Below are positions 24,708 through 36,638 of a stretch of DNA of 64,000 bases, one piece after another. Made by a program: the position numbers and the translations under genes. The stretch's first letter is position 1, and each line of letters opens with the position of its first letter. Origin of the DNA: Mobula hypostoma (lineage: Eukaryota); NCBI RefSeq assembly GCF_963921235.1, contig NC_086105.1, positions 23,684,001-23,748,000 on the forward strand. Direction: 5' to 3'. The notes under the pieces are model-generated. The model saw nothing but the letters and a program-made list of their open reading frames with translations. It had not been told where the DNA came from and ran no database searches.

Positions 24708-25835
24708 ATGGCGAACTACAGCCATGCGGGTACTGGGAGCAGCGAGAACCTAATGCAGAATGTATCTCCCCTGGCGACGTTCTTCAAGCTGACATCGCTG
24801 GGGTTCATCATTGGAGTCGGCGTGCTGGGCAACCTCCTCATCTCCTTCCTGCTGGTTAAAGACAAGACCCTACACCGGGCTCCTTACTACTTCTTGCTGG
24901 ATCTCTGCTCATCTGATATCATCCGTTCGGCGGTGTGCTTCCCTTTTGTGTTCCTCTCAGTGAAAAACGGCTCCTCCTGGTCCTACGGGACCCTGAGCTG
25001 CAAAGTGATCGCCTTCGTCGGGGTCCTCTCCTGCTTCCACGCCGTCTTCATGCTCTTCTGCGTGAGTGTCACCCGCTACATCGCCATCGCCCACCACCGT
25101 TTCTACTCTAAGCGGCTGACTTTCTGGACCTGTTTGGCCATCATCTGTATGGTGTGGACCCTATCGGTGGCCATGGCTTTCCCTCCAGTCTTCGACGTGG
25201 GCACTTACACCTTCATCAGGGAGGAAGAGCAGTGCATCTTTGAGCACAGGTACTTCAAAGTCAACGACTCGTTGGGCTTTATGCTCATGTTCGTAGTCAT
25301 CGTCCTGGCCACTCACATCGTGTATCTGAAGTTGATCTTCTTTGTGTATGACAGGCGCAAGATGAAGCCCGTCCAACTGGTGCCGGCAGTGAGCCAGAAC
25401 TGGACTTTCCACGGCCCCGGGGCCAACGGACAAGCGGCTGCCAACTGGATCGCTGGCTTTGGCCGAGGCCCAACCCCACCCACCCTATTGGGAATCAGAC
25501 AAAATCCTCAGGGCCAGGGCATGAGGAGGAGACTGCTAGTCATGGACGAGTTCAAAACGGAGAAAAGAATTGGCAGGATGTTCTACCTGATTACCTTTTT
25601 CTTCGTAGCTCTCTGGTGCCCATATCTAGTGGCTTGCTACTGGCGCGTCTTTGTGAAAGGCCCCGCTGTTCCACGTGGTTACATGACGGCTGCCGTCTGG
25701 ATGACTTTTGCCCAAGCTGGAGTCAATCCGTTTATCTGCATCTTCTCCAACAGGGAGCTAAGACGTTGTTTCAGCACCAACATCCTTTACTGTCGAAAAT
25801 CCAGATTACCAAGGGAACCTTACTGCGTTATATGA
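24708..25835 (+). CDS. GPR85: G protein-coupled receptor 85 (SREB2), 375 aa, intronless CDS
   Basis: Seven hydrophobic segments; SREB motifs LHRAPYYFLLDLC, SVTRYIAIAHHRFY and SQNWTFHGPGA.GQAAANW; GPR85-type termini MANYSHA and NRELRRCFST..YCRKSRLPREPYCVI; synteny with SMIM30. First ATG is at 24708 (the ORF-track start at 24669 is GTG). Confidence 0.95.
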   Translation: MANYSHAGTGSSENLMQNVSPLATFFKLTSLGFIIGVGVLGNLLISFLLVKDKTLHRAPYYFLLDLCSSDIIRSAVCFPFVFLSVKNGSSWSYGTLSCKVIAFVGVLSCFHAVFMLFCVSVTRYIAIAHHRFYSKRLTFWTCLAIICMVWTLSVAMAFPPVFDVGTYTFIREEEQCIFEHRYFKVNDSLGFMLMFVVIVLATHIVYLKLIFFVYDRRKMKPVQLVPAVSQNWTFHGPGANGQAAANWIAGFGRGPTPPTLLGIRQNPQGQGMRRRLLVMDEFKTEKRIGRMFYLITFFFVALWCPYLVACYWRVFVKGPAVPRGYMTAAVWMTFAQAGVNPFICIFSNRELRRCFSTNILYCRKSRLPREPYCVI

Positions 25836-27759
25836 GCACTAGTGCTGTATGTATCTGAGACGGAAATTACCCTAATTTTATCAAGCAACAGACGAAACAG
25901 TAATTGTCGTGGTCTGCGGCACTGGGGCCCCTTTTGGTGTTCTGGCGAGGGCGATTTGCAAAGAAACGATCATCAACCTTTCGCAGAATGGTCTTTAATT
26001 TATTTCTGCTATCTCTGTGTTAATGTTCAAGGTATTTCAATACAGTTTCTGTGGAAATTAGTATTATTATCATGCCATCTGCACATTCATTTACACGTTT
26101 GTTTTTGAACTAACCAATCCATAAGTCATAAATTACAGGTTTAGAATATATATTGACTTTTATACTTTTTGGAAAAAAAAGGTCTTTTGCATCCATGGAT
26201 GCACACCAGACAAAACATGTTTAAATGATTTGACTTAATTAAAAGTGACAATACCTTCATCAGTTGACTGGCGGGTATGCATGACCGACCGGGTTAATGT
26301 TTGATTATGTACAGATTAGTTTCCTCAACTTTTCCTTTAAATCTACACTGGATCTAAACTTGTACCAGGTACAGGCACCCTGCCCAAGTGGTTAAGCCTG
26401 CCGCGTAATTACATTTATGCAACATGGTTGATGTCTGTTCCTATATTTTTAGACCGTGGTCATATCCACAGCAGAACGAGTTGGTTTCAAACCTTGCACA
26501 ATCTGTGAGAAATTTGTTCTATGGTTGCATATTGTTTACAATATTTCCTCCTCATTGTTCAGTTCAGTCTTTCGTGTTTCAACTGTGATATTGTTCTCTT
26601 ATCATTTTATCTCAAAAAGGTGATATGGCTTATACCATTTCCTTAGTGTTGCGGGGGGAGGGTGGAATGTATGTGAATTGAAGTAAAACTGCATCCAGTA
26701 AAATGTGTGGGATCTCATCAACATTTTGGAAATAAAATGTATATCATATTATACAGTTATCAATTCGCATAAGTCCAGCTGCTTTTTCTTGAAGTAGACG
26801 ATAATTATTTTCGCAAATATGCACAGAATTTCAACATTACGATTCTTTGTAATAAGTTTAAAAGAGATAACATCTGACTGAATACGTGAATGATTGATGG
26901 GAACCACAAGATTGATCGAAGGCGTAATACCAAAGAATTCCTGTGCACTTTATTGTCCTTAATTTTCCAATGTTGTGACATTCTTTGTAAGTGTCCTGTA
27001 CATTAATATAAAATAATTTAACGTGGGAAAAATCGGAGAGAAAAATGTAAAATTGCTTATAGATGTTGTGTATGTAATAACAATTGTGAAACTAATTGAA
27101 CTGGTATCACTTACAGAGCCATATAATTAATGATCTCTGACTGGAAATTTCTTAGACTTTTCATTCTCTATTCTTACATTTCCCAGAGATTGTTTAATGA
27201 TCTCATGCCTTACACATTTTCAGTTTTGCTTTTCAATCTGTTCATGATTTAGATTTTGTTTGACGTTTTTGGATAGGCTTATTACATCAGCAATTCGCTT
27301 TTATTTCCATTTGTTCCTTAATGCCATTGCATTTTCTTATTTCAATGTTCCTTGTATATATTTTCTTGTTACCTTTCCTTTCTTCAAAATGCTTCCCATT
27401 CTTTTTCAAATTTCTACTTCTTTAGTTGAATGTACCCGTCAAACATTTATTTTACCCAGTAGTACCATTAATTTCCTATTTCCATTTTATATTGTTTGCT
27501 TACTGTGTTATTTTTAATGTTTTTCCATAATATTAATCTGAGAAGCTAGGTACCTTCATTCTTAACATCGTTTATGTGGTTAGTTTTCTGGAAGTACCAA
27601 TCTTTCATAATTACTGAAGGCTCCAGCCCATAACAAGAAATTCACCTAAAATAAACAACAAAATAGTAAATGTAATTTAAATCAATCTTTTATCTTCATT
27701 TCCTGATCTGACCAGATGGTCTAGGTATAGTCATGCAGTACACACTATTTGCATTACTA

Positions 27760-27875
27760 AGGTGGTCGAATGGAAGAGCGGAAGACTTGGATTCAAGCCC
27801 TGGTCTTGGCCGCATCCTAACTTGCTTCTTGCTGAGTTCTGAGTTGTTTATCTCAGGTAGGTTGCCACAGCACCA
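27760..27875 (+). mobile_element. Decayed tRNA-derived SINE head
   Basis: A-box-like TGGTCGAATGG and B-box-like GGATTCAAGCCC. No complete cloverleaf. Confidence 0.4.
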
Positions 27876-28312
27876 AAGAATGAAAGCACTAACCTAACAG
27901 GAGTGATGGGACTCCAACTACTGCCAAAGTTGATGTCAGTAGCCAACCTTAATTATTGAAGGATGTAGAAATTGTCCAGTATTGGAATAATGCATATACA
28001 ACAAAGCAGCTCTTAATTTTTTTTTAATAAAATGCACTATGGTCCCAATATCTGAACTAGGGTAGTTGTTTCATAGTTTAAGTATCATACCTTGAAAGTG
28101 ATCCCTAAGTACTTTGATCCAATTAGATAAATAAATACACAGGCACCTGTAGATAACAATTTAAAAAGGAAGTTTGTTGGGAGAAGGACAAAAATTGAAA
28201 CAAGTTTTCTGTGTCTGCTGGTTAATTATTGATTTCATCATATGCATAGTCAAAAGTCCTAACTTAATCCACATTTCGAATCTAAAATTAAAGCATAATG
28301 CAATATGCTTTG

Positions 28313-28478
28313 AGCAACACACACAAAATGCTGGTGGAACACATCAGGCCAGGCAGCATCTATAGGAAGAAGTACAGTCGATGTTTTGGGCCGACACCCT
28401 TCGTCAGGGTCTGCTGCGTTCCACCAGCATTTTGTGTGTGCTGCTTGAATTTCCAGCATCTGCAGATTTCCTGGTGTT
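28313..28478. mobile_element. Short inverted pair of Penelope tails
   Basis: Minus tail with hammerhead remnant (28376-28412) fused to a plus tail. Perfect 14-bp TSD TGCAATATGCTTTG at 28299-28312 and 28479-28492. Confidence 0.88.
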
Positions 28479-30574
28479 TGCAATATGCTTTGTTTCTTCT
28501 TTCTCAACATTTGTTCCAATTCGAAACACATGATGCCTAAGTATTTGGAATCGTTCATTATTCTATAGTTATATTGAGTAATAATAACTCAGAGCAATAG
28601 CAAAATGATAATTAAATTTCCAAGAGTTTGATTACGTATAAGTACTTACCTTGTCTTGAACCCAGCCCATGAAATAGGCTTTGAAGTTCCACTGATAACG
28701 TATAAGCGATAATGGCAAATTAAATGGATGCTGCCTGTGAATGCTTTTTAATATGTTTATTGTGTCTGACATACATTTTATGGTATGTTATCGTCTATAA
28801 ATTTTCAATAGATTTATGAATTATTCCTTCATGAAAACACTTCATCACTGTAATTCATAGCTGACACATTTCAATCATTGTTATATGACAAATTGCATTG
28901 TTTCACTTTTGCTGTTTAAGCAGGTTTCTCTCAACATAATGCACTGGAGTGGAAATTGCTGCTGTTAGATCTTCTGATGAATACCAGTGCCATTAGGCCA
29001 TTATGGCTGAAAATTAATAATTAAGCAATGCAACCTTGTTATACTGTAAAACCTGCTCAACAAAGTGCTTATAAATATTTTTAAATCCTTTGTTCATTAT
29101 ATCTATTTATGTTTTAAAATGCTGTAAAATGGGAGGATATTTTAATGTTTTTTACATCTGTATTGTATATTTTCTTTGAGGAAAATAAAAATAGAAAATG
29201 CTGGAAATAATCAGCACCTGTGGATGGCATTTCAAGGACAATGTTTTAAGTTAGAAGTATGTTATCAAACTGGAAATAGTTAAAGATGCACAGGTTTTAA
29301 GATGTAGAAAAGAGGAGGAGGACAGGGAATTGTCTACCTTGAAATTCTTCTCTTCGTCTGTGATTTCTGTTCATGTCTTTTGCTGCTTTACCTTTATGGC
29401 CTTCCCTTCTCTTTATACCTTGCATTGGTTACCCACCAAAATCCGCTTTCACAGCTCAGATTCAGCCCACATGAATCCCTATTGAAACTCCACATCAAAT
29501 ACCAACAAGATATTCATTGTTTCTTAAACATTATTCTCAAAACATCCTACAACCCATGCTTTATGTAAATGTCAGCACAAACCTGGCCATGGCCTCCCTT
29601 TGTACCAACATTGATTCTCCTTTTCTCATAACTGTCGTGATCTACTGCTTCAGTTCATCTTTCTCCTCATCTGGTGCTATAGCTGACTTTCATTCCTTGC
29701 TTTCTGCATCTAAAAACCTGTGTGTTGCCAAATATACTTGGTTGTTATGAAAGGTAATTGAATTAAACATTAATTGTTTCTTGATAAAACTATGATAAAA
29801 ACTTTTTTAAGAAAAAGTTTTTATTGTAGTTTTGGAAGCTACTATCAGTTTTCGTTAAAATTGACTATGCAATTTTGTGAACTTCTGCCTTGTGATAATA
29901 TTTAGGGAATTTTAAGCAAAAGCAACAAAAGTAAGTTGCAGTTTTTAATCTTTTAATTCATTGTAAACTCAGCAATGTATCTCAGTAAGAGATAGACAAG
30001 AAGTATTTGGTGAGGATATGGTTCAAGCTCCCAGCAATTCATATTTCAACATTCTGTTAATTATTATGTTCTGCCAAATAATCAAATGACAGCTGCAGTA
30101 AGTTAACATTTAACCTTTTCCTTGCTCTCTTCTTCATCTGGCTAAGTTGATGAAATAACAATATATCAAAGCTATCATTCTTGGCACCCAGAAAAAGATG
30201 CCAATGCTTTCCTTCACACCCAGAAAATTTGGTTTAGTCATAGAAAGCTGATTGATATGTTGTTTAAGCAAGAAGTAGGCTTCAGAGGGTATCCAATATG
30301 AGATAATTCCATCTTTATCCAACACTCTCTATCTTTGACCCACCATGGTAGAACACATTTTCATGTTTTTGTTATCTCAAGATTTGATATTTGAACAGGA
30401 CCATGTTGGCTTTCAGAATCTTCTTTGTACTAACTTAATCTTTTTCATAAAGTTAACTGCTTCCAGGTTATCTCACTCTGTGCCTCTTTCTAGTAATTGC
30501 ACTTCAAAAATAACAAAACTTTAATATGAATTAATTGTATGTGATTTCTTTTGAAACATTCTGAAAATGTAGAA

Positions 30575-30935
30575 GATTTAGAAGATTCTGTTATGGATCT
30601 CTATTGTGGACTGAGAGTGGGAAGAGGGCAGGGAGAGGAGAATCATGGTTGGGAAAAGAGGAACGGAGAGGGGAAGGAGTGGGAAACACCAGAGAAACAT
30701 TCTGTAATGTTCAATAAACCCTGCATGGAGTCTCAGGGCTGGGAGTGTCTGCACCCACCCTGGCGTTCCTTCTCTTCCACCTGTCCCACCCCCTCCTGTG
30801 CAGCTCCACCCTCCCTATTCCCAACATCCTTTGCTCCCACCAGATTTACAAACTCACTCTCTGCCCCATGTTGACAAAAATAGTACTATGCAAAAGTCTT
30901 AGGCACCTTAGCTGCATAAGACTTTTGTACGCTAT
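30575..30935. repeat. Unclassified interspersed repeat ending in a Tc1-like TIR hairpin
   Basis: Purine-rich block, then pyrimidine-rich block, then TGCAAAAGTCTTAGGCA (30889-30905) / TGCATAAGACTTTTGTA (30913-30929), 15/17 inverted match. Confidence 0.5.
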
Positions 30936-33900
30936 TCTTTATTTTTTTTTAAATCATGATTGTATCATGCTCTATCTTTATAGCCCTCTCTATTACCTAA
31001 ACCAGTGACAACTTATGCTCTTTTAACATTGGTCCCCAGTGCATCATTCCCTCATCCTTCATCAGAGGTCTTTAACCACTGAGCTTCAATATTCTTCAAC
31101 TCAGCCACTGAAGATTTGTTTCCTATCTTGAAAGTCTCCACAAAACTAATCCTTTCTATTTCATATTTAGTTATTAATCACAATTCTGTACTACTCTAAT
31201 AGTTTCCACTCTCGAAACAGAAAAGCTTCTGATCTTTATTATAACAAAGTTGTTTCTTCTTTGAATTCCTATATTGATTTCCCAGCCCATGAGACTAAGG
31301 TCAAGTGTGCACTTTATTTTTGCAAATATTTATTTTTAATTAAATACAAAGATTAATTTTATAGCTTAACTTTTGTTTTCTTTTTGTTCTATTGCTAAGA
31401 TTGCATTCCATAATTCCCAATACCCCTGGATATTATAAGGTTACCAAGCCAACTTCCTTCATCATTTCCAAATGCTTTAATCCATTTGATTCTTAGGCTA
31501 TAAAGTTTAAATTACAAGAACAGTTTGAATAGTCTTAGGTTCTAGTTCAATTCATATAAATGATTAAGGGAAAACTAATTAAGGTTTTTAAGATAATTAA
31601 TCAATTTAATACTTTTATTTCTCTTTTAGTGCTATTTCGCTGATGTTGGAGTTTTGAAAAGTGAACTACAAGAATTGTTTAGTTCACATGATAGGTTAGG
31701 AATTACATCTTCAGACAAAGGTAGTGGAAACCTGGAGTTTCAAAATGTTGTTGGGAAGGCAGTGATTTGAAAATTTCGAAACTAATATTACTCCCATTTT
31801 TGTCAGGCAAGTGTACAAAGAATTATGAAACTGAGGCTGATAAATAAGAAACACTAGAAATTCTGTAGATGCTGGAAATCCTGAGAAACACACAGAAAAG
31901 TCTAGTGGAACTCAGCATGTAAGGCAGCATCAGGAACTGACATAAAGCATGAATACCTGGGGCTCATACGAGTGCCAATGGCAACACCTTTGGTTTGGTA
32001 GTCCTGATGAAGGGCAAAATGTAGTCTTTTTATTCCCCTTCATAGATATTATCTGACTTGCAAATAAATAAATTATAAATCAGGCTTCATTTAGTTGTAA
32101 GGTGGAAAAAGCTTGAGGGGCTCAGTTGTCCACTCCTGACTTTATGCTTCCCTGCATCATTTTCTTAAAATAAATAATCCAAGTGTATCAGGTCTTTTAT
32201 TACAGTTTAGTCTTTTGTTACAGATATTGCACAAATGCTTCATAGTTATACTTTCTGTAAGTTCTAAAGTGAGGCACTTAGAACTAAACACAATATTCTA
32301 AATGAAGTCTGATTATATTCCAAATGAAGTTCTGCAGGAGCACTTGATCATTCTTACATTTTATACCTAAAGCAATTAATTATACTATCTTAGTACATTT
32401 GGTACTAGATTGTAATGGATTTTCAATACCTAAAACTTTTAGTTAAGCTGTCATGATATTTCTCAATTTAGATTTTCCGTCGTCCGCCAGTTTTGCAACC
32501 ATTATGTGTAACAGCTGCAGCATGCTTTATGTTTTGTCTTGGTCCTGCCTTTCAGCTAATTGTGTCCTTATGCAATTTTATGTCTTCTGTAATTTTATGT
32601 TTACTTCACCATTCAGTATACCTCCTAACCTGTCAGTTTTTGCCCTAGCTTATTATATAGAGAGATGATAACATGATAATAGAATGAACATGTCCATTTG
32701 TTCAAGAAATTAGATGACACAGACGGTACAATTATTTTGCATCTGTAGTAATAGTATGAAAGGGTAAATTTAAATACTATGCAACTATGCCACTTAATGT
32801 TTGTGATAGATCTGTTTGTTAATATTCATGTGCTATAGCCTGTGCTTTGGTTGAACCCAGCCAAAATTAATAAACTGAAATACACTTTTGATGGAATCAA
32901 AAAGTCATTCCCATATTTGTATAATTCCATTCCATATTTGCTTAATTGGTGTTGATACTGGTCTAACTACAGGTCGGCATCTACCTTCTTAGTCTACCAA
33001 ATTAATTAAGCTGAAGTATTAACAACTAATCTGTTAAGTTACTAAAAATCTTAGGCTTAAATCACTTTGTACCTCAATTGTGGTGCTTTGAAGCGTGCAA
33101 GATTTAAGCCTAGATAAAGAAATCTATCATTTGACACTTAATGGATGATTATTCTATTGCATCTAATTAATTTTAGGACTAATAAATACAGAAATAATGC
33201 CTAATTAATTTATGATGGAAGCATCAGGTATGGAAAAAATACATTCCCAGAGAAGTAATTGGACTTTAGTTTATGTTGCTTAAATCATGCAAAAATTGAC
33301 CACTCCTATCTGCACTTTAAGTTCTGGAGAGGTCAGTGGAAGCAAATGTGCAAAGGTGTGTACTTCCGGTATATTTCTGCATGTTTTAATGGTAAATGAC
33401 ACGTTCCTTATCTGGAATATTGATTTGATCTTTCTGATTCTAATCCATACTAATATTGAATTTGCACCTACAACACATTGTCATTTGATTTCAGTTTTAT
33501 GGTTCCTACAGTAAACTATCTTTCAAGATATGCACCTTTATGTACATTCTGTAAAAGTATATTTCTGCAAATGTTTACTTTTAAATGTTACAATGTAGAT
33601 TGAGAAAAATGTTCAAGTTTAAAGAACTTTATTTGGTTTCCACTACTCTGAAAATAAAGTAAAATACTAGTTTTCTCTCTTGGAGTTTTATTCCATAAAC
33701 ATTTTTTAATGAGTCATCACAGTATGACAACATGACTCAGAAGAAATCAGATTCTGCCCCCATTACTTTTCTATTAGCTTCCAATGACACTCACAAGCTT
33801 CTTTGTAGTATAGCAATGAGGACTCCAAAATAAGTGATGCTACCCTTTCAGATCTATTTCAGTATATTTTTTCATGGACCTCATGTACATGCAGGTACAC

Positions 33901-35857
33901 TCATCCTTTTCTCTTGCACATTCACATCTGTCCATCTGCAAGCACTCATTGCTAATCAGCTTTATCTTTACAAAATTATATCCTCTTCCTCACAATTACC
34001 AACTAAAATCAATACCTATCCATATGTTTTAGAGAATATTATCGCTCAATGGTGTCTTCTTGCCCTCATGGGAGAAGGGAGCATGAAGCTACATAAATGT
34101 ATAGAATCCAAAATTGCCTTCTAGCCTTCACCCACTAGTATCTGCAAATAAAAAAAAAACAGGGACTTTAGAATATATGGTCCTTTCAGGATGGGGAGGA
34201 GGAGGTTTTATTATGATCTGTGATAGAATTGCATTTCATCCAGCAACCTTGCTTAAAACATCCACTGGATTGGATGTCAGCAAAAATTAAAAAGTAATCA
34301 GGTATAAAATTAAAATCTTAAAAATACCTTGAGAATAGTAATTCACATCTTTAAACTCCCATGAACCCACAACAGGAGGGCAATGTTGAAGGCTCTTCCA
34401 AGGTGGTCCCCATTCTGAGGCTCTGTTTCATAGGTCTCATGCTTATTCTCCACACACAGGTTCTCACACTTTAAGACAGGCTCAAAATCACCAAATATGC
34501 AGAATGGAGGAAGCAATGACAGTAGTGGAATTTCTAGAAGACACAGGGCTCTCCAAACTCAACTGAGCTGGATATACTGTAGATGATGCATCTTGGGAAA
34601 CACAAATGCAGAGGTGCATAGATAGATATCCCAGCATCAAAGTACAGCGTCATCCTTGAGATGGAGGGCCATGATGTGCTGTACCACTGTGGCGATATTA
34701 TTTGCTGATCATCATTGAGCAATAAGTGCGGCATAATAGTGAATACAAATCCTTGCTGAGAACTGCACACTGAATGACAGACATCCTAATCTGGGCCATT
34801 CTGTGTTCCACTGGCCTACAGACACACAGCAAAACTGTTAGCAGTGTAGTTTTAACCCCAAATATAGAAAAGCTGTAAGGTGATGAGAGCAAACGTACAA
34901 GTAGAACTTCAATCAATGCCCCTCCCTTTTTCTAGAGAGAATTCACCCACCATTTAGTGCCCTGATGGTATTGTTGTATGGGGAGGAAGGTTCTGGAATG
35001 CATAAAACTCTCAGGAAGTGACCACAAGTATTTCAGAAACTGTTGCTGTGGAAACTCTCGAAGCTATGGATAATACATTCCATTGCAACATCAGGAAAGG
35101 GAAAGTAAGGATAACAATATTTACACAACATTAGAGTTTCATGCTTGTGTTGGTTGCAATGGCAAAAAATAAGTGACAACATTTTCTGAGCAATAATTAT
35201 AGTTTTTGAATAACAAATGCATTTTTAAAATCTGTAATGGTGATTTCATGATCTAACTCTACTATCAGAGTTGACAACTGAACTAGGGTGGTGCATGAAC
35301 TTGTTTTGGATTTTGTGAAGGAAGTGAGGCAATGTTAATATTGGATATTGCAGATGTTAGTTTACATGGATTACACCTTGCGGTTCTGAAAAATGTAGCT
35401 GAAGAGACTGTGGAGGCATTAGTAATGCTCTGTGAAGAATCACTAAATAATGGAGTGGTTCCAGAGGACTTGAAAATTGCAGATGTTTGTCCACACTTCA
35501 AGAAGAAATAGAAGCAGAAGAAAGGAAAGTATAGACCAGTTAGCCTGATTTCAGTGGTTGGGAAGATGTTGGAGTCCATTATTAATGATAAGGCTTCAGA
35601 GTACTAATCAGGTTTCAGGCACATGATAAGTAGGCCAAACTCAACACGGTTTCTTTAAGAGGAAATCTTGCATAACACATTGGGAAATAATAGTCAGGAT
35701 AGAAAAAGTGTAGTGAGTGGATGTTATTTTTTTGTATTTTCAGCAGGCCTTTGACAAGGTGCCACAAATGAGGCTGCTTAACAAGAGCCCATGGCATTAC
35801 AGTAAAGCTACTAGCATGAATAGAAGGCAGGAGGCAAAGAGTCATAAAGGGGGCCTA

Positions 35858-36638
35858 CATACATCAAAGTTGCTGGTGAACGCAGCAGGCCAAGCAGCAT
35901 CTATAGGAAGAGGCGCAGTCGACGTTTCAGGCCGAGACCCTTCGTCAGGACTAACTGAAGGAAGAGTGAGTAAGGGATTTGAAAGTTGGAGGGGGAGGGG
36001 GAGATCCAAAATGATAGGAGAAGACAGGAGGGGGAGGGATAGAGCCGAGAGCTGGACAGGTGATAGGCAAAAGGGGATACGAGAGGATCATGGGACAGGA
36101 GGTCCGGGAAGAAAGACAAGGGGGGGGGTGACCCAGAGGATGGGCAAGAGGTATATTCAGAGGGACAGGGGGAGAAAAAGGAGAGTGAGAGAAAGAATGT
36201 GTGCATAAAAATGAGTAACAGATGGGGTACGAGGGGGAGGTGGGGCCTTAGCGGAAGTTAGAGAAGTCAATGTTCATGCCATCAGGTTGGAGGCTACCCA
36301 GACGGAATATAAGGTGTTGTTCCTCCAACCTGAGTGTGGCTTCATCTTTACAGTAGAGGAGGCCGTGGATAGACATGTCAGAATGGGAATGGGATGTGGA
36401 ATTAAAATGTGTGGCCACTGGGAGATCCTGCTTTCTCTGGCGGACAGAGTGTAGATGTTCAGCAAAGCGGTCTCCCAGTCTGCGTCGGGTCTCACCAATA
36501 TATAAAAGGCCACATCGGGAGCACCGGACGCAGTATATCACCCCAGTCGACTCACGGGTGAAGTGATGCCTCACCTGGAAGGACTGTTTGGGGCCCTGAA
36601 TGGTGGTAAGGGAGGAAGTGTAAGGGCATGTGTTCTAC
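35858..36638 (-). mobile_element. Young 5'-truncated Penelope-like element with uninterrupted GIY-YIG C-terminal ORF
   Basis: ORF 36248-36574: GVIYCVRCSRCGLLYIGETRRRLGDRFAEH. 11-bp TSD AAGGGGGCCTA at 35847-35857 and 36639-36649. Confidence 0.93.
35917..35952 (-). ncRNA. Minimal type I hammerhead ribozyme motif (PLE 3' tail)
   Basis: Identical 36-nt motif to 11562-11597, about 300 nt downstream of the GIY-YIG stop codon. Confidence 0.75.

Noticed and set aside
25769-25790. REST/NRSE site (TTCAGCACC) in the GPR85 CDS
   Set aside because: Only the left half-site is present, and it is explained by codons for F-S-T.
27760-27835. tRNA gene
   Set aside because: A and B boxes are present but I cannot form acceptor and anticodon stems; better explained as a SINE head.
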